Shown: positions 35,427 through 46,775 of the stretch, in pieces | Numbering within the stretch: the stretch's first letter is position 1 | How the letters are laid out: every line of letters begins with the position of its first letter | Source: Malacoraja senta | Taxonomy: Eukaryota | Assembly: GCA_038087875.1 (NCBI GenBank) | Contig: JAXLNO010001955.1 | Coordinates: 124,001-171,815, forward strand | Direction: 5' to 3' | Length of the DNA stretch: 47,815 nucleotides | Program-made: the position numbers and the translations under genes | The notes under the pieces: model-generated | What the model saw: only the letters and a program-made list of their open reading frames with translations | Databases searched by the model: none | Told to the model about the DNA's origin: nothing

Positions 35427-35635
35427 CTGAGCAATGGCAGACATGTTTTAATAAATCGGGCTGTTTTTTTTCAAATTTTGTTTCAGAGGTCACGGTACTG
35501 ATCAAGAATGCCTGATGGGGTCGTGGGGCCAAAAAGGTTAAGAACCACTGCTCTAAAGCTTAAAACTAAAGGGGCTAATAAAGGCCACAAAGTGGCTTTA
35601 GTGAGTCGGATTACAGAAAATCCCACATCTTTTTC

Positions 35636-38300
35636 ATGGTTTCATGGTTAGTTTATTGTCACATATACCAATTAAGGTACATTGAAATGCAGACTACCAT
35701 ACACCATACTAAAAAAAAGCAACAAGACACACAATAACATAAAAGTTAACATAAACATCCACAACAGAGGAGCCCGCACGTTCCTTACTGTGATGGAAGG
35801 CAATAAAGTCTAATCTCCTTCCTCTTTATCTCCCGCAGTCGGGGCAATCAAACAATCTGCAGTCGGTGGTCGAAACCCCCCGTTGAGGAATCGAAACTCC
35901 CACGTCGGAGCGGTCGAAACTCTTGCGGCTTGGAGATCCCGGATGTCGGTCTCGACCGTAGACCACGGGCTCCGCGATGTTAAAGTCTTGCAGGCTCTCA
36001 CAGTTGGAGCCCTAAAGTCGATCCCCGACAGGGATCGCGAGCTCCATGATGGTAAGTCCACAGGCTCCTGCGATGGATCTCCCGGTCGATCTCTAGCAAA
36101 GGCCGCCATTCATCAATGTTAGGCCGCATTGTGGACGGAGATACGATACAGAAAATATCGCATCTACGTCGAGGTAAGAGATTAGGAAAAGTTTCCCACA
36201 ACTCCCCCAACCCCCACCCCCAAAACAAGCTAAAGAACACTAAAGACTAAACCAAAAGACTCAACACATCTCAGGAAATTCCCTTTTAAAATAGCTATGG
36301 AAAAATTCAAATATTTAGGAATTGAGATTACTAGAAATTACCATGATATGTTTAAAGCTAATTATAATCCCCTACTTAAGAAATTAAATAATCTGATTAA
36401 ATTTTGGAAAACACTTCCGATGTCCTTAATAGGTAGGATAAATGCTATAAAAATGATTTTCTTACCACAAATCAATTACCTATTTCAATCAATACCTATA
36501 TATCTCCCAAAAAAGTTTTTCAAAAAACTGGACTCAGACATTACAAATTTTATATGGGATTACAAATCCCACAGAATACAAAGAACACACCTTAACAAAC
36601 GAAAAGAGTTGGGGGGTCTAGCGCTCCCTAACTTTATGTATTATAACTGGGCAGTAAATATTAAAAATATGATTCACCTGCTGGACAATTCTGCCCAGCA
36701 GGTGGACTGGATTATAATGGAAAAAGGGGATTGCTCCCCGAATAATATAGGAGCGATTATTCTCTCTCCAATAAATTTGAATAATAAAAATTATAATAAA
36801 AATCCAATTATATATAGCACTATTAGAACATGGAAGCAAATAAAACAGAATCTAAAATTAAGAAACCTATCTCTCTTAATACCAATAGTCAATAACCCAT
36901 CGTTTAAACCTTCAATCATAGATAAAGCATTTATACAATGGGAAAGAATGGGAATTAAAACGCTCGAAGATCTGTATGAATTAGAAAAATTACTATCATT
37001 CCAACAACTACAACTGAAATATAATTTGAAAAATAATCAATATTTTAAATATCTACAAATCTGTGACTATTTGAAAACACACACAAAAGATTATTATAAT
37101 ATGCCTTCCGACTTACTAGATGAAGCAATGAAGACAAAGGCGGAATCAGTTAATTTAATATCATACTTATATAATATCATCTTAAATATAGAAATACCCA
37201 CAACAGATGGAATTAGAAGAGATTGGGAACAAGATCTAGGTATAAAAATTTCAAAAGAGAGTTGGGATAATCATTTATTACAGGTGCATAAATGCTCGAT
37301 CAACGTACGACATACGCTTATCCAATTTAAAACATTACATAGATTATATTATTCAAAAACCAAACTAAATAAAATCTTTCCTAACGTCTCACCAATCTGT
37401 GATAAATGTATATGTCAAGAAGCTACCATAGCACATTCTTTTGTTTTTTGTACAAAAATCCAAAAATTCTGGTTTGAAATATTTGATATTTTTTCAAAAT
37501 TAATCAAAATAAAACTGGTACCAAAACCAGAATGGATTATTTTTGGAATATCGGAAGGTATTCCTGAATTAAACGTGTATCAGAAGAATTTACTCAATTA
37601 TGGGCTAATAATGGGAAAAAAGCTTATACTTAAATTCTGGAAAAATGCGCCCACACCAACAATAAAAATGTGGACATCAAATATGTTGGAAACATTACAT
37701 CTGGAAGAGATGAGATTCCTCCTAGTAGGCAAAGTAGATCAATTTCAAAAGACGTGGTCTACGTTTTTGGACCTATTACAAGTATGAGGTGCAATAGTAA
37801 TTTAGAAAAACAAATAAATAAATAAAAGGTATCTGGACCTGGTAATGGGAGGTAAAATAAAAACAGACTTGGTTGGTAGTTCCTTCTCTATGAAGTATGG
37901 TATAAGAGTTATAATAGAGCGATTGTTCCTTCTTTCTTTCTCTTTTTTTTTCTAGGGTCTATTTTCTAACTTTACTTCCTTCTCTAACTTCTTTTCTAAG
38001 GGGCTTTCTTTTCCCAACACTCTTTTGCACTTCACAACCTTTGCGCACTTTCTTCACTTTTCTTACTTCTTTCTTTTTCTTTCTTAAAGTTTAAAAAAGT
38101 GAAGCGGTACAAAAAATGTATTAATATATACGTGTTGTACATTACTGTAATCTACCGTACTTCTAAAAAATAAAAAAAATAAAAAAAAATTAAAAAAAAA
38201 GAACACTAAAGAATATACATTTAACACGTACAAAACAGACACAAAGAAGGAAGGGACAGACGACTTTTGGCGAGGCAACCATTGCAGCAAAAGGTGGATT
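35636..38300 (-). mobile_element. Unclassified CpG-rich retroposon, copy 2, split by the L1 at 36247-38197
   Basis: Tail TATGTGACAATAAACTAACCATG on the minus strand; same conserved blocks as copies 1 and 3. Confidence 0.55.
36247..38197 (+). mobile_element. 5'-truncated L1-clade LINE with 496-codon uninterrupted ORF2 C-terminus
   Basis: FKYLGI, SLIGRINAIKMIFLP, GGLALPNF, CDKC..HSFVFC; A-rich tail. 15-bp TSD AAAGAACACTAAAGA at 36232-36246 and 38198-38212. Confidence 0.95.
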
Positions 38301-38397
38301 GCTTAAGGATATAGAAGGGAATATGTGCTTGGAGTTTGGCGAGGTTTGGTTTCACCAAGGAAGACATGTAGAATAGTAAGGACCATTAATAGTAAGT

Positions 38398-39195
38398 ACA
38401 TCATAAAATCCTCCAACATTTTTGCCACCTCCAACGGGATCCCACTACTGATCACATCTTCCCATCTCCACCCGTTTCTGCTTTCCGCAGAGACCGTTCC
38501 CTCCGAAACTCCCTGGTCAACTCGTCCCTTCACACCCAAACCACCCGCTCCCCGGATACTTTCTCCTGCAACTGCAGGAGATGCAACACCTGTCCCTTTA
38601 TGTCCCCCCCTCGACTCCGTCCAAGGACCTAAAGTCTTTCCAGGTGAGGCAGAAGTTCACTTGCACCTCTTCCAACCTCATCTACTGTATCCGCTGTTTC
38701 AGTTGTCAACTTCTCTACATCAGTGAGACCAAGCGCAGGCTCGGCGATCGTTTTGTTGAACACTTCCCCTCAGTCCGTCTTACCCTACCCGATCTCCCGG
38801 TGGCTCAGCACTTCAACTCCCCCTCCCATTCCCAATCTGACCTTTCTGTCCTGGGCCTCCTCCATTGTCAGAGTGAGGCCCAGCCCAAATTGGAGGAACA
38901 GCACCTCATATTTTGCTTGGGTAGTGTATACTCCAGCGGTATGAACATTGACTTCTATTACTTTCGATAGCCCTTGATTTCTCTCTCCATCCCCTCCCCC
39001 TTCCCAATTCTGCCACCAGTCTTACTGTCTCCGCCGACATTCTATCTTTGTCCCTCCCCTGACATCAGTCTGAAGAAGGGTCTCGACCCAAAACAATGCC
39101 CATTCCTTCTCTCCAGGGAAGCTGCCTGACCCGCTGAGTTACGCCAGCATTTTGTGTCTCTACGATTTTAACATCTGCAGCATCTGCAGTTCTTT
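38398..39195 (+). mobile_element. Penelope-like element 3' part (linker, GIY-YIG endonuclease, tail with degenerate hammerhead motif)
   Basis: SAFRRDRSLRNSLV, CNCRRCNTC, FTCTSSNLIYCIRCFSCQLLYISETKRRLGDRFVEH, LEEQHLIF, GMNIDF. Tail CAGTCTGAAGAAGGGTCTCGACCC at about 39067. Confidence 0.9.
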
Positions 39196-39319
39196 CTTAC
39201 ACATGGAGAATCAATGTGGAGAATGCTAACATGCAGGGACACTTTGAAGTTAAGCAAGAAGGAGATGTTGGATCACTTGAAGAGAAATGTGGATAAATCC
39301 CCAGGATAGAGGGGTGTAG

Positions 39320-39800
39320 TGGATGATAATAATAATCGTTGAAAACATTAGTGCCGTGCTGGTTTCCGATGGGCACGGTGACGGACGCACCACACATCTC
39401 TCCTCCATGCAACTGGCAAGCTCCTCTTTTATCTCTACACATGCGTCTTCCATCAACGTCTTCTGCATCATCTTGATTGGCCGTCCTGGGTCAAGTCTTC
39501 CATGGGTGGGTTCCCACAGCACAACCTTGTTTGCTGGCATTTCTGGGTGGCGGAGCCAGTGACCTGCGAGCCTCATCCTTCTCAACGTGATCTTCTCGGT
39601 CAGAGGTGGATTCTCCCCATAGAGCTGGGCGTTGGTGATGTGGTCCCTCCATCTGACATTTTGAACTTTTCCGAGCATTCGGGTGTAGGTACCATCGAGA
39701 GACTAGGACAGTGCTGGAGTGAGAGTCCATGCCTCACACCCGTACAATAATATGGTCTCTACAGTTGTACGGAAGGCCAAATATTCAGGCTGTAGTTCAG
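39320..39800 (-). mobile_element. RTE-clade LINE 3' fragment
   Basis: ILLYGCEAWTL, LDGTYTRML, WRDHITN, RRMRLAGH, WEPTHG..GRP; short ATT/ATC repeat tail. Confidence 0.85.
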
Positions 39801-39936
39801 TGACAAGTAGAGTTCTGCAGGGATCTGTGCTGTGACCCTTGCTACTTGTGACATATATAAATGACTTGGACCCTGGTGTTCAGAAATTACCCAGTCATAA
39901 CAATTAATCAAATAATGATTTTTATTTTTATTTCAG

Positions 39937-40210
39937 ATTATCACTACGTTCAAGGACAGTTTGGTTGTGAGGTGAACGATCACAGTCCCACTGTAGGGAT
40001 ATTGAAGTTGGCTTTTGATGGAAGATATGCATTTAGTTTTGATAAGGACAAACTAAAGTGGACGGTGCATGATCCAATAGCTGAGCTTCAAAGAGAAATG
40101 GGACAAGAATGAAAAAATGAACCGTTATTTCAAGAGCTTGTTAGAACATGACTGTGTGGATCTATGGCTTACATACTATGCAATTGGAAAGACATACCTG
40201 ACCAGAAAAG
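39937..40210 (+). pseudogene. MHC class I-like alpha2 domain exon (274 bp, frameshifted)
   Basis: TTTTATTTCAG| ... AAAAG|GTGAGT. YHYVQGQFGCEVNDHSPTVGILKLAFDGRYAFSFDKDKLKWTVHDPIAE, then after a shift near 40086-40089 FKEKWDKNEKMNRYFKSLLEHDCVDLWLTYYAIGKTYLTRK. C101/C164 pair present. Confidence 0.9.
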
Positions 40211-40524
40211 GTGAGTTCAGAACAAAGGATGTTGTTTTGTGATGGTAGGCAATGAGTAATATTTCACTCTGAGGCAATGAGTAATATTATCTCTGACCCA
40301 ATCATGACAGAGGGAAAGGTCATTCGGCCCATTGATTCTATGCTAGTTTTCTATGCAATGTCGACAAACTGTTCCACAGCTCTCTCTCACAACTTGCACT
40401 CAGCTCCCTCGGATTCTCCTTGCATTCAGCTCTACGACGGATAATTTGCAATGTCCAACTAACTCACCGGCACGTCTTTGGTATACGGGACAAAACTGGA
40501 GCACATGGAGGAAGCCAACTGAGT

Positions 40525-42510
40525 CATAAGGTCATAAGTGATGGGTGCAGCATTAGAACATTCGGCCCATCAAGTCGACTTCGCCAGTCAATCATGGCTG
40601 ATCTATCTCTCCCTCCTAACCCCATTCTCCTGCCTTCTCCCCATAACCCCTGACGTGCATACTAATCAAGAATTAAAAATATCCATTGACGGACTCCACA
40701 GCCTTCTGTGGTAAATAATTCCACAGAATCACCACCCTCTGACAAAATAAATTCCTCCTCATCTCTTTCCTAAAGGAATGTCCTTTAATATTGAGACTAT
40801 GACCTCTCGTCATAGACTCTCCCACCATTGGAGACATCCTCTCCACATCCACATCTATCCAAGCCTTTCACTATTTGTTTGTTTTTAAAATATTTTTATT
40901 AGAAGCATGTGCATATCATACTACAAACATTTCTTATATATCAATCCTACTTAGCTAATAGGTGGGAGTCCAGCTATCAAAATAATAGTGGTCCTCCTTT
41001 ATCAATTGTATATTAAATCTGCTTCTATTTAGTTTTTTTTTATAGATAGAAAGTGAGAAATTAAAAAAAAAAGGCATGAAAAAGAAGAATGGAATAATTT
41101 ACCAATAATACAACTTTGGAGATAGGTCCGTAGGTTATAAAGCATAACTATTCATCTAATCCTGAGCTTGGATTTCAGTCAGATTCCTATGCTGAACCAA
41201 TTTACCCTTTCAAAAAATCAATAAATGGAGACCATATTCTATTAAATAATTCATGTTTTTCAATTAAGACAAGTCTAGTTCTTTCCAAATGTAAGGTCTC
41301 CGACATTTCCATAATCCACATTTTAATTGTGGGGGTTATAGGACCTTTCCAAAATTTTAATATTAATTTTTTCCCAATTATTATACTATAATCAAGAAAG
41401 TTTCTTTGGTTTATTGTAAGTCTTAGGCTTTGTTCTGATATTCCTAATATTATTATGAGTCGGGATCCAATTGGGTATTGACTAATTCAGAAATTATTCT
41501 GAAAATGTCCGTCCAGAAATTTTTGATTTTTATACAATTTACAAAGGTATGAGTTAAGTTAGCCTCTAAATGCTGGCATTTATCACAAATAGGAGAGATA
41601 TGTGGGAAGATTCTATTTAATTTTGTTTTAGAATAATGTCATCTATGTAATACTTTAAATTGTATTAAGGCATGTCTGGCATTTAATGAGCATTGATGTA
41701 TATATTGTAGACTTTCGTCCCAAATATCTTTCGTTATGGGTTGGCCTAATTCATGTTCCCATGTGTGTCTATATAAATCCGTCGGCGGGACCTCACTATC
41801 TAAGAGGGTATTATAAATATGAGATATTAATTTTTCTGTATTAGGATGTTTATTCAAACATTCATCAAGGATTTCTGGTTCCCTAGTTCTGTAATCTTGT
41901 GTATTTGATTTAATGTAATCTCTAATTTGTAAATATCTAAAAAAGTTATTTGAGTGTGGTCCGTAAATCTGTTGTAACCCCTGAAATTACAGAAAAGTGC
42001 CTTTCCTATAAAGATGTCCCATCTTTTTAATTCCATAATTTTTCCATTGTGTAAAGCCTTTATCCAACATGGAAGGTTTGAATAAAGGGTTGTTTATAAT
42101 GGGGAGACAGTGACAATTATCCAATTTTAAAGTCCTTTTTAATTGTTTCCAAATTCGTATACCACTATATATTATAGGATTTTCACTATAGGTGTTTTAA
42201 TGCAATTTTGTGGGAGCAAACATAATCGAACCAATTTCAAAAGGCAAACAGTCTTTCACTATTTTGTATGATTCAATGAGGTCCCCCCTTATTCTTCTAA
42301 ACCCCAGCAAGTACAGGCCCACTGCCATCAAATGGTCATCATATGTTAACCCATTCAATCCTGGGATCATTCTTGTACACCTCCTCTGGACCCTCTCCAG
42401 AGCCAGCACATCCTTCCTCAGATATGGTGCCCAAAATTGCTCACAATGCTCCAAATGTGGCTTGACCGGCGCCTTATAGAACCTCAGCATTACATCCCTG
42501 TTTGACAGGG
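40525..42510 (-). mobile_element. CR1 3' fragment split by an L1 insertion
   Basis: HLEHCEQFWAPYLRKDVLALERVQRR...RGDLIESYKIVK at 42253-42510; the rest of the CR1 tail lies at 40525-40876. Confidence 0.85.
40877..42252 (-). mobile_element. 5'-truncated, decayed L1-clade LINE
   Basis: DCLPFEIGS..NPIIYSGIRIWKQ, CSLNARHALIQFKVLHR, homologous to the other two L1s. 12-bp TSD CTTTCACTATTT at 40865-40876 and 42253-42264. Confidence 0.88.
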
Positions 42511-42825
42511 AGAAAGTGTAATTGATGTCTTTCATATTAGTTAACCATGGATTTTCTTGACCACAGTTGACAGCCCCTAATGGGATTGCATGTCTATCAC
42601 ACGTCTCTATAGAGCACAGCGTTAAGCTTCGAAGGGCAAAATTTACACGAGATGTGCAGGTCAAGTGTTTTTTTGCACAGAGAGAGCTTGATACCTAGAA
42701 TGCGCTACCAGGAGTGGTGGTAGAGGAAGACATGATAATGGTGCTTAAGAAAGTTTTGGACAGGCTCGTGGGTATGCAGGGAATACAAGGATATGGAACA
42801 CATGCAGGCAGTGGAGATGAGTTTT

Positions 42826-43120
42826 GGTTTAGTTTAGAGATAGAGTATGGAAACAGGATCTTTGGGCCACTGAGTCTGCACTGACCAGCAATTGCCCATT
42901 CACTATTTTTGTCCTACAAGCTAGGGACAATTTACAGAAGCCAATTAACCTACAAACCTGCACGTCTTTTGTATTTGGGAGGAAACCGGAGCCCCCAGAG
43001 AAAACCCACAAGGTGACAGAGAGAACGTACAAACTCCGTCCAGACAGCACTCTAGTCAGGATCGAACCCGGGTCTCTAATGCTGTAAGACAGCCACTCTA
43101 TCACTGCGCCACTGTTTTGC
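42826..43120 (-). mobile_element. V-SINE/HE1-like SINE
   Basis: B-box GGTTCGATCC on the minus strand; family tail. Confidence 0.85.
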
Positions 43121-43429
43121 CTTAGTTTAACTTGGTATCCTGTTCGACATGGACATTGCAGGCTGAAAGTCCTGTTCTTGTACTGTTCTATGTTCTATAT
43201 ATTCTCATTGGACATGGCAGAGTTTTCCACTCCTCCAGCCTCCATGTTGAATACTTACTCCCAGTTTAAATCTGATTCAATTAGTCAATCCATTTCTCCC
43301 TCCCCTCCTGCCCTGATCCCCATTCTATATTTTGAAATAGTCATTCCCTTTTTCACTCCCTGGTCTGTCTACTATCCCCACAACTTTCCTCTACTTTCCT
43401 GTCTTGGTGCATGCAACATCTATCCATTT

Positions 43430-43790
43430 ACCTCTTCCCTTCCCACTGTCCATAGACCCAGGTAGTTCTTCAAAGTGAAACAGCGTGAAACACTTGCACT
43501 TCCAGTCAAATCTACTGCATATGGTTTTCATGACGTAATCTTCCACATCGCATCAATGAAACAAATTGAATGGCTGCTTTCTGGAGAACCTGCATTCAAT
43601 CTATGGGACTTTCTAAGATTCCTAATTCCTGCCACTTTAATTCTCCATTCAACACCCACCATGATCCATCCATCTGTACCTCTTACACTAGGATAACAAG
43701 GGTGACAGTAACCTTGAGGACCAACAACTCAGCTTCTGTCAGGACATGTTGCAGCCTTTCACACTCCATTCCACATTCAACGAGTTGTAT
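43430..43790 (+). mobile_element. Highly decayed Penelope GIY-YIG fragment
   Basis: Weak nucleotide similarity to 38620-38900 (TTCAAAGTGAAACAG...TGCACTTCCAGTCAAATCTACTGCAT...CATTTTAATTCT-like blocks). Confidence 0.45.
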
Positions 43791-43814
43791 TCCCTGTCAA
43801 TAAAAGAACTGGTC

Positions 43815-44300
43815 ATTTCATAAGTTCATGTTCATTTATTGTCACATACACCAATTGGTGTAGTAAAATTCACTGGCCAGGTCAGTCATACAATTTTAAA
43901 AAGCAACAGACTCAAAAACACATTTTGACATAAACATCCATCATAGTGACTCCTACACATTCCTCACTGTGATGGAAGGCGAAAATAAAGTTCCAAGTCC
44001 TTCCCTTGTTGTTCTTCCTTGGTCGGGGGCCTCGAGCCCCCCGTTGAATGGACGGTCTTGAGTCCCGTAGCCGGCGGCGTTCGGGCCCTCCGCGTCGAGG
44101 TGATCAGCTCCCGCATCGGGGGATTGTCAGCTCCCCTGCGCCGGGCGATCGAACCTCGCGTCGGGGCTGGACGAACCTTCTGTGGCATTGGAGCTCCCGA
44201 CTAGCCTCTCCCGAGACTGGGAGCCCTTGATGGTAAGTCCGCAGGCAAGGGATCTGCTCCGATTGTAAGTCCACACCCCGTGGTGGGGCTCACGACAGTC
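43815..44300 (-). mobile_element. Unclassified CpG-rich retroposon, copy 3
   Basis: CACTGTGATGGAAGGC, GATGGTAAGTCC; tail TATGTGACAATAAATGAAC on the minus strand. Confidence 0.55.
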
Positions 44301-45100
44301 CTTTTCAACTGTTAAGTTGAAGTCAGAAAGAACAGATGCAAGAAGTATGAAGAAGGACACCAAGCTGAAACATTACGTAACCATGTCTTCCAGATGCTGC
44401 CTGAGCCACTGAGTTACACCTGCACGTTTTTGTGTTTTTTAATTACAGTTAAGTTATCCAGCTGCAAAATCAGGACAGCCTGACCTACTTGAGTACTGCA
44501 GTATGTGCTGCATTTTATATAACTCTGTTTAGTTTCATGCATGCAGAGATCCAGTGAAATGGTTTGGATGGAACAGCAGATGCTGGACACCCCGTCCCTT
44601 CTCTCCAGAGATGCTGCCTGTCCCGCTGAGTTACTCCATCTTTTTGTGTCTATCTGCAGTGAAATGGTTGTTCTGCATTCTCCCCAGTCAAGTCATACTG
44701 TACATAAGTACAATTCGTCCTCTTCTGGAACAGCACGCAGTGATCCACCACATTCCAGGACTATCTTGCAGCTTCCAAGTCTCTGAGAAGTCTGATTTTG
44801 CCCTAAGGAAATACCCAATTTCACATTTTCTCATGTTAAAGCCCAGTGCCATAACAGCACTGAATTGATGAAGTAGAGGCACGTGCCTCAGTTTAAGTTT
44901 TTCTGTTTCAAGATTGTGATCAAACCCTCGTCACTGGAACTGTGTCGCAGTGCCACCCATTACGTATCAGTCCCAATTATCTTTCAACATGCTGGAATCA
45001 CTTGTTTTTTAATCCTTTTTAGACTTTTTTTCATGAATTGTTCTGCATAAACAGTTATGCTACAACAAAGTTAAGCGCAGCTACCACTTAGTTCCAGAGA

Positions 45101-45233
45101 CGTAACAACACAAGAGATAGTGTTGGAAGAATGATCAAACTCACACATAGTGGTTAGAATCCATAGTCTTTTATTAGTAACTCTGCAGAGGAAACACAAG
45201 GTGCTTTCTTCTCAGCTTGCTTACTACCAGTCT

Positions 45234-45279
<46 letters not shown>

Positions 45280-45328
45280 TCTAATAAGCCTGTGGGCGGA
45301 GCCACAGTATGAGTGACACTAATCTACA
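45101..45328 (-). mobile_element. Probable solo LTR containing an (AG)n microsatellite
   Basis: Minus strand starts TGTAG and ends GTTACG (CA changed to CG); AATAAA near the 3' end; GC box GGGCGGAGC; flanks GAGA/GATA could be a 4-bp TSD with one mismatch. Confidence 0.5.
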
Positions 45329-45390
45329 GATAGGCACAGGGATAAGTTTCGGTTTATTATTGTCACGTTTAGTTTCGAGGTACAGCATGA

Positions 45391-45660
45391 AAATAGGCCT
45401 TTTGGCCCACTGAACCTGTGCTGACTAACGACCACCCAAACATTAGTTCTATCCTACACACTAGGGACAATTTACAGAAGCCCAAAAACTTACAAACCTG
45501 CACGTCTTTGAATGTGACGGAACTGTAGCACCCGGAGATAACTCACATGGTCACAGGGAGAATGTATGAACTCTATATAGACAGCACCCATTGTCAGGAT
45601 TGAACTTTGGTCTGTGGTACTGTAAGGCAGCAACTTTCCCTCTGCGCCACTGTGCTGCCC
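45391..45660 (-). mobile_element. V-SINE/HE1-like SINE
   Basis: Reverse complement of the family at 13618. Confidence 0.8.
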
Positions 45661-46449
45661 ATGTACTGAGGTAGTGTGTAAAGCTTTGTTTTGCATGCTA
45701 TCCAATTGGATGAGGTAACAAAATACATATATATGATCATCAAACTCAAGAACTGTAGGTAGAGCAAAGGGGAAGGTGCAGAGTGTGGCATGTAGTTCTC
45801 AGCAATGTAGCACAGCAGTTCCATTAGATAAGTGTTTCGACACGAAACGTAACACATTCCTTCTCTCCAGAGATGCTGCCTGACCCGTTGAGTTACTCTA
45901 GCATTTTGTGTCTATCTGCGGTTTAAACCAGCATCTACAGTTCCTTCCTGCATAGTTCTATAAACAAAGTCCACTGTCTGTAATGGGGTAGTGGTCAATT
46001 GGACAGTACCGTAGCTTATGGAACGATCATTCAGAAGCCTGATTTTCTCCTCGGTTATCAAGTTTCCGAGTAAGCCATTTGGTCCTCTAACCTGCCCACC
46101 ATTCAATATGACCATGGCTGACGTTCCTCAGGCATCAACTCCTGTTCGATGTCAGTTCCTCATTGCACTCAGTTCTCCAATTTAAGTTTAATTAAGTTAA
46201 CTACCGCCACATTAAATGCTTCCAATGATTTTGTCTTCACAAATCTCTGGCGCCAGAGAATGACCACACTCTGCAAAAAGAGATTTTGTAAACAAATGAC
46301 TGGTCTCTTTTATCTCTTATTGAAGAGGAGTGAAAATACTGCCAATTTTAAGCTTGTCCCCTCCCCAATTGACCCTCATTTCGTAACTTGTCAATTATTT
46401 ATTATTGTCAATAATATGCCCTAGTGAAAAGATTTGCCGTTGGTATTAG

Positions 46450-46775
46450 TTTATTATTGTCACATGAACTGTGATATAGTCAAAAGTTTGTCTGTGTGTT
46501 ATCCAATCAGATCATACTACACATGTGCAATCAAGCCATCCACAAGTAGAACAGTGCAAAGAGAAAAATTCTCAGAGTGCAGAATATCGGGTTACAATAT
46601 CATAGCATTACAGTTACAGAGAAAGTGCAGATCAAAAAGAGTTGCAAGGATCACAATGAGATTGGTTGGAAGATCAGGGCAACATCTTATCTTACATGAG
46701 AACCATTCAGTAGTCCAATAACAGTGGGGAAGAAGCTGTTCCTGAATTTAATGGTACGTACTTTCAAACTTTCTT
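46450..46775 (-). mobile_element. Rex1-type LINE 3' end
   Basis: GGGAAGAAGCTGTTC block shared with 15840-15855; tail TGTGACAATAATAAAC. Confidence 0.65.

Larger units (their letters stand above)
30927..35550 (+). mobile_element. Near-complete hAT (Charlie/Buster-type) DNA transposon
   Basis: Termini CAGTGG...CCACTG; 3' TIR reads CAGTGGTTCTTAACC on the minus strand. 8-bp TSD CTCCAAAG (30919-30926) / CTCTAAAG (35551-35558). Transposase remnant inside. Confidence 0.92.

Noticed and set aside
36297-37787. 496-aa ORF as a host gene
   Set aside because: It is L1 ORF2 C-terminus with 3' UTR, A-tail and TSD; two homologous decayed copies are in the same window.
27201-38197. The two long L1 pieces as arms of a recent inverted segmental duplication
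   Set aside because: Their proteins differ at many positions, their truncation points and 3' UTRs differ, and each has its own TSD.
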